Below are positions 17,420 to 24,716 of a stretch of 29,674 nt of DNA, piece by piece. The position numbers and the translations under genes were made by a program. A model generated the notes under the pieces. It was not told the origin of the DNA and searched no databases. It was given only the letters and a program-made list of their open reading frames with translations. The first letter of the stretch is position 1, and each line of letters begins with the position of its first letter. Location of the stretch: contig DAIDJI010000001.1 of NCBI GenBank assembly GCA_027451455.1, forward strand, positions 1-29,674. The letters are read 5' to 3'. This stretch comes from Planctomycetales bacterium (lineage in GTDB: Bacteria; Planctomycetota; Planctomycetia; Isosphaerales; Isosphaeraceae).

Positions 17420-18616
17420 ATGTCGCGACGGTTACCCCGGCCGCGTCGGGTATGGGCCATCCCGATTCTCGTGATGGTCGCGATGGTCTCGGTCGTGCTC
17501 CTCGCCGACGGATACCTCGGCGAGGATGTGCCCCTTCCCTGGCCGTCCCGGGCACGCCGGCGCGCCGAGGCTGAGGCGCTGGCGAACGGCCACGCCTACC
17601 TGGAAGAGGGACGTTTCCGGCGCGCGATTCTGACGGTCTCGCGGATCCGGGAAGGGAGTTCGTCGGAGGCCGAGGCCCTGACGATCCGAGGGGTGGCCGA
17701 GGCCAGCCTCGAGGAGGTCGCCCCGGCCCGGCGTGACCTGGAGCGGGCCTGGTCCCTGTGCCCCAATGCCGCGGCGGGCAGGGTCCTGGCGGCGATCTAC
17801 CTGAGTGCCAACGAGACCGATCGCGGCCTACAGGTACTCCAGGCAACCGCCCGAATTGACCCCCGCGATTTCCGGCCGTGGTACGCCATGGGCGAGCTGG
17901 TCTATCTACCCCTCCGTCGCTACGAGGAGGCGATCGAGGCCTTCCGGCGGGCACTTGTCCGCCGGCACGACCACCGGGAATCGCGGCTCGGCCTGATCGA
18001 GGCCCTGGTCCGGTTCCACAAGTCGCGCGAGGCCGCGCCGATCATCGAGGGCCTCCTGCGTGAGCACCCCGACGATCCCCGATTGTTGACACTCGCCGCC
18101 GAGGCGGCGCTGGACTCGGGCCGCGACCGGGACGCTGCTGGCCTCGTCGAGCGATCGCTGGCGATGGAGCCCGACCACCGCGAGGCGCTGGTTCTCCAGG
18201 CGCGGATCCGCCTGAAAGAGGGGCACCCGAAGGAGGCATTGTCGTCGGCGGAGCGTGCCTGCAAGATAAACCCCAACGACCCGGCCATCCTCGGCCTGGT
18301 CGGCTCGATCCAGGGAGTCCTCGGCCTGAAGGGGGAATCCGAGCGAACGCTGGTCCGCCGGAAAGAGGTTGAGCGGCGCAACCAGGAGATGGAGGAGCTA
18401 TCAAGCCAGATCCTCCAACGGCCCGACGATCTGGAACTCCGATGCCGGTTGGGACGGATGGCCAGCGAGGCGGGGATGCGAAGTCTCGCCATCCAGAGCT
18501 ATCAGGCGGCTCTGTCGCGGGCGCCAGAATGCGAACCGGCCCGTCGGGGCCTGATCGATCTGGGCGTGTCCCCGCCGCAGAGCCTGCGCGGGCAAGGCGG
18601 CAAGCCTGCCGGATAA
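17420..18616 (+). CDS. Membrane-anchored tetratricopeptide repeat protein (paralog of 23323-24573)
   Basis: N-terminal TM (VWAIPILVMVAMVSVVLLA) and many TPR units (DPRDFRPWYAMGE, HPDDPRLLTLAA, NPNDPAILGLVG). GAGG RBS before ATG 17420. Confidence 0.88.
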   Translation: MSRRLPRPRRVWAIPILVMVAMVSVVLLADGYLGEDVPLPWPSRARRRAEAEALANGHAYLEEGRFRRAILTVSRIREGSSSEAEALTIRGVAEASLEEVAPARRDLERAWSLCPNAAAGRVLAAIYLSANETDRGLQVLQATARIDPRDFRPWYAMGELVYLPLRRYEEAIEAFRRALVRRHDHRESRLGLIEALVRFHKSREAAPIIEGLLREHPDDPRLLTLAAEAALDSGRDRDAAGLVERSLAMEPDHREALVLQARIRLKEGHPKEALSSAERACKINPNDPAILGLVGSIQGVLGLKGESERTLVRRKEVERRNQEMEELSSQILQRPDDLELRCRLGRMASEAGMRSLAIQSYQAALSRAPECEPARRGLIDLGVSPPQSLRGQGGKPAG

Positions 18617-18627
18617 CCTCCGGCCGT

Positions 18628-20592
18628 TCAGGGAGGGAAGTGATCCGGGGTCAGGGCACCATTCGAGAGGCGATCCAGTTCGGCTCCAAGTCGCAGGAGG
18701 ACGGGCTGCAAGGTGGGTTCGCTGGCCAGGTTCTGCCGCTCTCCCGGATCCTCGCGAATGCGATACAGTTCCTCGCGGGCCGCTTTCCCACTCCGAATGT
18801 AGGTCCAATCGCCCTCGGTTAGCGCGGCCGAAGGCCATCGGGTCTTCCGCAGCCATTCCGACGGGTTCTCGTTGGAGAGGCGGTTGGGAATGACCTCGGA
18901 GAGCACTGGTGCAGGTGCGGGGCCGTTGCCAATCCGCGCCAGCGAGGTGCCGGGGATTGGAGAGGTGGCTCCAAGGCTCGCGAGGTCGACGATCGTCGCA
19001 GCGAGGTCACGCAGGCTGACTGGCTCGTTCACGACTCTCGGCGAGAAATGAGGGACCGGTGGGACGATCAGCAGGGGAACATGAAGCTCGGTCCGGTAAA
19101 GGCTCCTTCCGTGGAAGAACACGCCGGGATGCTCTCCGAAGCTCTCGCCGTGGTCGGAGGTGATGATGATCCAGGTCTGCTCAAGGACGCCGCGGCGATC
19201 GAGCTGGTCGATCAGCCAGCCGAGCTGCTCGTCGAGATCGGCGACACAATCATCGTAGCGATCGCGAAACGGAGGGACGAGACGATCGGAGGGAGCGCCT
19301 AGGAACTCGCCGAGCCACTGGGCGAGGAGGTCTTCCTCGTGCTGGTTCCGCGGCCGGGCCCCAAACCGGTGGATGCCGGCCGGTCGTAGCTCATAGGGAC
19401 TGTGCGCGTCGAAGAGGTTCAGGAAGCCGAAGAACGGCCGGTTCGGGTCCCGGTCGTGGTCCAGCCACTCCAGGAACTCGTGATGCACGACCTCCGCCCG
19501 TTTCTGATCGTACAGAAACTTCTGCCAGAACGGCCGCACGGCCGCCCCAATTCCGTCAAAAACTGTAAATTTCTCTGCGTAATACTGAATGGCCAGGGCT
19601 CCGGTTGTGATCCGGTCGACCAGGACCGAGGCCCGTAGGTCAGCGAGGCGGAGGAAAGGGTGGTCGCGGTAGGTAGTGAATCCGCGCGCTAGCCCTGAGT
19701 CCCATCCGCAGTATTGCAGGTTACCCACGAAGCCGGCGGTGGCGTAGCCTCGGGATCGGAGGTACTCGGCGACGGTCCGATGGGCCCCGTCGAGCGGCGA
19801 CATCCAGCCGGCTGAGAGTTCGTGAGGCCATCGCCCTGTGAACATGCTTGCGTGCGACAGTAGCGTCCACGACGAGGCCGCCCGAGCCTCGCGGAACCAG
19901 ATACTGCGCCTCGCCAGCTCGGCGAGGGTCCGGCCAGTGGGTCGTTGATAGCCGTAAAGGTTCAAATGGTCGGCGCCGACCGTATCCAGGACGATGAGCA
20001 GGACGTTGGGCGAGCCGGGCGAGGGCAGAGGGCTCGTCCATTCCCGGCGGGCTTCAAGCCAGTCGAGCGATGCGAGGGAGGCCCCCAGGGCAAGCACAGC
20101 AGCGGCCAGGAGCGGCAGGCCGACCCGGACCAACCGTCGGACGGCGGCGGGCCGTCGCGAGAGGACCGGGGTTAGCCGCCAGGCGATTCCTGTTGTCAAC
20201 AAGAGCCCGGCGCTCGCATAAATCCCGGGGAAGCCGGCCAGGAGCGGAGGGAGCAGAGCCAGCCCACCGACTGCTCGGAAGGTCCATTCCTGCCCCCAAC
20301 GTCGCCCCAGCCGTGCCACGATCCCCAGGACAGCCGCCAGCCCAACGAGGATCACCAGATCGATCAGTGGGACCAGCCAGACGAAATGGCGAGTCGTCCA
20401 GTAAAATCGGTTCGTGGCACCGTACTGCTTGCGGAGGATGGTCACGCCAACCTCCAGCAGGCCGGATGCGAGCCCGCACCAGACGGCCGCGAGAAGCAGC
20501 GCACCGGCGCCGGGACGACGGGCGGCGGCATCCCGATCCGGCCTCGGTTCGATCGTTCCGGGCTCGGTGGAAACAGCCGACGAACCGATCAT
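18628..20592 (-). CDS. Membrane-bound sulfatase-like hydrolase/transferase (alkaline phosphatase superfamily), copy 1
   Basis: About 5 N-terminal TMs, then NVLLIVLDTV, SWTLLSHASMFTGRWP, FLNLFDAHSPY and TSDHGE. Start is approximate (ATG 20592). Confidence 0.88.
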   Translation of the reverse strand: MIGSSAVSTEPGTIEPRPDRDAAARRPGAGALLLAAVWCGLASGLLEVGVTILRKQYGATNRFYWTTRHFVWLVPLIDLVILVGLAAVLGIVARLGRRWGQEWTFRAVGGLALLPPLLAGFPGIYASAGLLLTTGIAWRLTPVLSRRPAAVRRLVRVGLPLLAAAVLALGASLASLDWLEARREWTSPLPSPGSPNVLLIVLDTVGADHLNLYGYQRPTGRTLAELARRSIWFREARAASSWTLLSHASMFTGRWPHELSAGWMSPLDGAHRTVAEYLRSRGYATAGFVGNLQYCGWDSGLARGFTTYRDHPFLRLADLRASVLVDRITTGALAIQYYAEKFTVFDGIGAAVRPFWQKFLYDQKRAEVVHHEFLEWLDHDRDPNRPFFGFLNLFDAHSPYELRPAGIHRFGARPRNQHEEDLLAQWLGEFLGAPSDRLVPPFRDRYDDCVADLDEQLGWLIDQLDRRGVLEQTWIIITSDHGESFGEHPGVFFHGRSLYRTELHVPLLIVPPVPHFSPRVVNEPVSLRDLAATIVDLASLGATSPIPGTSLARIGNGPAPAPVLSEVIPNRLSNENPSEWLRKTRWPSAALTEGDWTYIRSGKAAREELYRIREDPGERQNLASEPTLQPVLLRLGAELDRLSNGALTPDHFPP

Positions 20593-20724
20593 AAAATCGC
20601 CCGGGATGAGAACGAATCCGACGGCCGCGGCCCTCTGGCCCGGCCCGGGGCCTGGGTTAACCTTAACACCGGGGCACGCAGACCGCCAAGAGGATCCTAG
20701 CAGTCGGCGAGGGAGGATCGGCGT

Positions 20725-21963
20725 ATGGCGATCAATGAGCGCGCGAGGGGGCTGGTCTGGGTCGGCTCGCTGATCGCGATCGTTGGGGCAGGGGTCTGGA
20801 TCGGCCGGAACTGGTGGGTCACCCGGCAATACCGATTTGCGATGGAATCGATCCGGGAGGAGCTTGAGGGCGATCATCTGGCCCTGGCCGCGCGCGACCT
20901 GCGCGCGCTTCTCCCGTGGAGCCCCGACCCGGACCGGGTCCTCTACCTGCTCGGGTACTGCGAGCGGTCGCGAGGAAACCACGAGGCGGCGGCTGAGGCC
21001 TGGGCACGGGTCGCTCCGACGTCCCGATTCGCGATCGCGGCGATCGTCGGCCGGATGGAGATGGAGGTCGAGCGCGGGCGACTCGCCGATGGCGAGCGCC
21101 TCATCCGCCGGGTCGTCTCTGATCCCAGGATCGATCCGTTCGAGCTGGCGATGGAGTTCGCTCCCGTCTACGTGAAGGAGGGCCGAGACGAGGAGGCCAG
21201 GGAACTGATCGAGGCAGCGTGGACAGCGCTGGACCGAGCGGGCCGGGGCGCCACGGAACCGGCAATCCTTCTGCTCCGCCTTCACATCGAGATCGGAGCG
21301 AAACCTGACCCCGTGGAGGCCACCCGTTCGCTCCTCGATCGATCGGGCCGGCTGGCCCCCGACGACGATCGTGTCTGGCTGGGAAAGGCCAACCTGGCGC
21401 TCCGCCTCAACGAGCTGGACGAGGCGGGCCGATGGCTCGACGCCTGCCTTCGCCGAGCCCCCGACGACCGAAGCGTCTGGCGGGCCCGGCTGGACTGGGC
21501 CATCGCCTCAAATCGAACGGAGGAGGCCATTGAGGCGATTCGCCATCTGCCGGAGGACCAGGAGCCGTCGGCTCGTGTCGCCGGTCGGGCGGCCTGGCTG
21601 GCCGGGAGGCGAGGGGATCGCGAGGCCGAGCATCGGGCGCTGTCCGTCGTTCTGATCGAGAATCCTGCCGATCGGTCCGCGCGTGCCCGCCTGATCGCGA
21701 TGGCGATTCAGGATGGACAGCCGAACCTCGCCGAGAAGCTCCGCAGCGAGGGGGCGCGAATCCAGGAGCTTGAGGAGCGCTATTGGGAACGGTATCGGCG
21801 GGCCCAGCCCAGCCGGGACGCCGAGGCGATGGCCCGCCTGGCGGCGCAGCTCGGTCGTCGGTTCGAGGCCCGTGGCCTCTTCACCCTGGCGATCGCCATG
21901 GACCCGGGCCGCAGGGACCTCCGCACCGATCTGGCCGCGATCGACGGCCGCCCCCCTGAATAG
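20725..21963 (+). CDS. Membrane-anchored TPR protein
   Basis: GGAGG RBS, N-terminal TM (LVWVGSLIAIVGAGVWIG) and TPR units (APDDDRVWLGKANLA, APDDRSVWRARLDWA). Confidence 0.88.
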   Translation: MAINERARGLVWVGSLIAIVGAGVWIGRNWWVTRQYRFAMESIREELEGDHLALAARDLRALLPWSPDPDRVLYLLGYCERSRGNHEAAAEAWARVAPTSRFAIAAIVGRMEMEVERGRLADGERLIRRVVSDPRIDPFELAMEFAPVYVKEGRDEEARELIEAAWTALDRAGRGATEPAILLLRLHIEIGAKPDPVEATRSLLDRSGRLAPDDDRVWLGKANLALRLNELDEAGRWLDACLRRAPDDRSVWRARLDWAIASNRTEEAIEAIRHLPEDQEPSARVAGRAAWLAGRRGDREAEHRALSVVLIENPADRSARARLIAMAIQDGQPNLAEKLRSEGARIQELEERYWERYRRAQPSRDAEAMARLAAQLGRRFEARGLFTLAIAMDPGRRDLRTDLAAIDGRPPE

Positions 21964-21970
21964 CCGTCCC

Positions 21971-23269
21971 TCAGGGTGAGGGGGCGTCGAGCGACTTCAG
22001 GTTCGGCGTCGGCCCATTGAGGGGAAGCATCGGCTCGCCCTCGCGACGAACTCGGATCCAGTGGTCGGTGAACAGAATATGCTGCCCCGCGTCAACGCGG
22101 GGCATGTGGCACGCGATGCAGTCGCCTCGGGGCTCGACCGGGCAGACCGCTCCGCGCCTGGTCGGCTTTTCGGCCGGCGTTCCATGACAGGAAATGCAGA
22201 TCGCCCGATACGAGGCGAGATCGGCGGAGGCCCGCGCGTGCGGGTCGTGGCAACTCAGGCAACTGAAGGCCCCCTCGCTCTCGCGGTAACATCGGGACTG
22301 GAGGAGGCCCACGGGCTGGAATCGGACGAGGTGCGGGTCGTCAGGCCGGATCTCTTCGGGGCGGGCCCGCGAGGGATGCCGGTGACACGTCCCGCAGAGC
22401 AGGATCAGCGACTCGGTGGTGAAGCGCTCCGGGCCGAAGGGGAGCTGCATCTTGGCATCCTGGCCGCTTCGGGCAGCCTCCACGTGCGCCCGGCCCGGGC
22501 CGTGGCAGCGCTCGCAGGAGACGTTGGGGATCAATGTCTCCTCGTCGATCGCCAGGTCGTCGCGGGCGGAGAGCTGGGTCGAATGGCAGCCGAAGCACTT
22601 GAGCGCCGAGTCGGGCGGCATCACGCGGCCGAGGGGACCCAGGCCGGGCGGGTGCGGACGCTCGTCCTGCCCGGCGGTCAGCCCTAGAGCATTCGACCCG
22701 GTATAGTACGAGATACGGTGCTCCAGGATCGTTGGGGCCGCCGGGTCGACCACGCTCACGAAGGTCACTCCGTGATGGCCGGACCCAAAAGCATACTCGA
22801 CGATGCATTCCTCGACCTTGTTCCGCTCCTCTCGGCGGATGAAGAGCTCGTCGTCGCGGCGGCGATAGGCCCAGCGAACCCCGGGCTGTTCGGGATCGTC
22901 AATCGACTGGCCGTCGAGCTGGCGCGCGATCACCCGGTGTCGGGGCGAGCTGAGGGTCCGGGCGTGCCCAGATCGGGTGTACATCGCGTACTCGCCCGGG
23001 TGGCACTCGGCGCAGGCGAGCGGCCCGACGTAGGGATCCGAGGGATACCGCCCCGAGGGCGGAAACGGCCGGTCCCTGCCGATCAGGTGGACGCCGCGGA
23101 TCGAGGCGACCGGCCCGGTCCGGGACGGGCCGAGGCCCCCCCAGACTGCGGCGCCCGCGATCGCCGCGAACGAGAGGGTCAGGACCACCCGGGCCTGCCG
23201 CCCAGGGGCCGTCCTGCCCTGCGAGGTGCGGCGGCCGCTGCTCGGTTCTCCGGCGGACGTGTTCGGCAT
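21971..23269 (-). CDS. Membrane-anchored multiheme cytochrome c (7 CxxCH), paralog of the C-terminal part of 12331-14166
   Basis: TM VVLTLSFAAIAGAAVWGG, then CAECH, CFGCH, CERCH, CGTCH, CLSCH, CISCH and CIACH. GAGGA RBS. Confidence 0.92.
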   Translation of the reverse strand: MPNTSAGEPSSGRRTSQGRTAPGRQARVVLTLSFAAIAGAAVWGGLGPSRTGPVASIRGVHLIGRDRPFPPSGRYPSDPYVGPLACAECHPGEYAMYTRSGHARTLSSPRHRVIARQLDGQSIDDPEQPGVRWAYRRRDDELFIRREERNKVEECIVEYAFGSGHHGVTFVSVVDPAAPTILEHRISYYTGSNALGLTAGQDERPHPPGLGPLGRVMPPDSALKCFGCHSTQLSARDDLAIDEETLIPNVSCERCHGPGRAHVEAARSGQDAKMQLPFGPERFTTESLILLCGTCHRHPSRARPEEIRPDDPHLVRFQPVGLLQSRCYRESEGAFSCLSCHDPHARASADLASYRAICISCHGTPAEKPTRRGAVCPVEPRGDCIACHMPRVDAGQHILFTDHWIRVRREGEPMLPLNGPTPNLKSLDAPSP

Positions 23270-23322
23270 GGTGGATCCTCAAAAGGTCTGCGGGGCCCTC
23301 CCGGGCCCGCGGGCCAGCCCCC

Positions 23323-24573
23323 TCAGCGGGCCGGGTGCAGGGCCGGGCGGGGGATGCGACTGGTGAGATCCGGGCGGGCCGCAGGTCCAGCATCGCGCCC
23401 GAGTTCCGGGTGCGCGGCCCTCAAGGCGGCCAGGCTCTCACGCGCCGCTCGGTGGTCGGGGTCGAGGGCCAGGCAGGCCTCAAAGCATCGGCTGGCCAGC
23501 AGCGCCGAGCCGGCCTCGGCGGCAAGCTGCCCCATCTTCCACGGGATCTCCGGGTCGTCGGGATGCGCCTCGAGCTGCTCGCTCAGCTCGGACATCTGCC
23601 GGCGGCGCTCCTGGGCCCGTCTCGCCCGGGCCAGAGCCTCTCGTGCGCGGTCGGTCTCCCCCAGGCGCGACTCGATCATCCCCAGAAGTTGTAGCGCGGC
23701 GGGGTCGTCTGTGCCCGCCGACGCGGCAAGGGCCGCGTCGGCCCGGGCCGCCTGCCAATCCGAGCGCGTCACCCGGCAGCGAGCCCGGGCCAGCAGGGCC
23801 TCGATGTTCCGCGGGGCCCGCTCGATCGCCCGGTCGGCAAGAGAGATCGCCTCATCAATCCGTTTTGTATCGAAGGCCGCCTGCGCGGCCAGACCCAGCA
23901 CGACCGGGTCGTCCGGAGCCACCCTGAGTGCCCGGTTGACCCAGGGACCGGCGCGATCCGACTGCCCGTTGTTGACCAGAAGGGCGACGAGGGACCTCAG
24001 AACCTCGCGGTCCTCAGGCCTGACTTCGAGGGCTTTCCGATAGGCTCGTTCCGCGCCGGCGCGATCGTCGAGGTCGTCCAGAGCACGGCCGAGTATTCGC
24101 CAGACACCGAACTCTCGAGGACGGAGCCGGGCGGCCATCTCGAGTACCTCGGACCCGCGCCGGGCGTTCCCGAGATCGAGGTTCAACTCCCCAAGGGTCA
24201 CCGCTACCTCGAACTGATCCGGCCGGAGGGTCAGGGCACGTTCCAGGGCCAGCCGGGCGGCGCGGTAATGTCCCATCTCGATCAGGGCCAGCCCGGCGAC
24301 GGCCATGGCCTCGCCCGCCTCCGGCGTGGCCTCACGCACCGGATCGACCGCCTGGAGCGCCAGCTCGGGCCGTCCCGAGCGAAGGTAACTGCGCCCGCGC
24401 GCCGATGCCGCCTGGACCGGGCTCAATCGTGCAGGACGCGGCCCTCGCCCCCACCACTCGCCGACGAGAATCAGCACCGGCAAAGCCGTCGCCACGGCCA
24501 GGAGCCGACGGGCCCGCCGCGAGGACCGCGACATCCTCCCATCGGGCCGAGTCTCGACGTTCGTGGGGTTCAT
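23323..24573 (-). CDS. Membrane-anchored TPR protein (paralog of 17420-18616)
   Basis: TM LLAVATALPVLILVGEWW and TPR units (RPDQFEVAVTLG, RPEDREVLRSL, APDDPVVLGLAA). Start 24573 (alternative 24534). Confidence 0.88.
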   Translation of the reverse strand: MNPTNVETRPDGRMSRSSRRARRLLAVATALPVLILVGEWWGRGPRPARLSPVQAASARGRSYLRSGRPELALQAVDPVREATPEAGEAMAVAGLALIEMGHYRAARLALERALTLRPDQFEVAVTLGELNLDLGNARRGSEVLEMAARLRPREFGVWRILGRALDDLDDRAGAERAYRKALEVRPEDREVLRSLVALLVNNGQSDRAGPWVNRALRVAPDDPVVLGLAAQAAFDTKRIDEAISLADRAIERAPRNIEALLARARCRVTRSDWQAARADAALAASAGTDDPAALQLLGMIESRLGETDRAREALARARRAQERRRQMSELSEQLEAHPDDPEIPWKMGQLAAEAGSALLASRCFEACLALDPDHRAARESLAALRAAHPELGRDAGPAARPDLTSRIPRPALHPAR

Positions 24574-24716
24574 GAAGTGAGATCCCCATCCGGAGGAGTC
24601 GCCCGGGACTCCGTACCCAGCCGGAACACCCAAAAGTGGCAGCCCAGCAACCGCAACACTTCGGTCACACTCGCCCCAGATGATACGATGGAACGAGCCC
24701 TGGAACCAGACGTGGA

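Noticed and set aside
20593-21285. 231-codon N-terminal extension of the 885-aa ORF 18628-21285
   Set aside because: It overlaps the + strand TPR gene antisense. The paralog shows the real protein starts near 20592.
15300-24660. Recurrent GCAAC in cluster intergenic regions as an ECF sigma -35 element
   Set aside because: No consistent -10 element at a fixed spacing. Only 16072 has CGTA 15 nt downstream, and a 5-mer is expected by chance.
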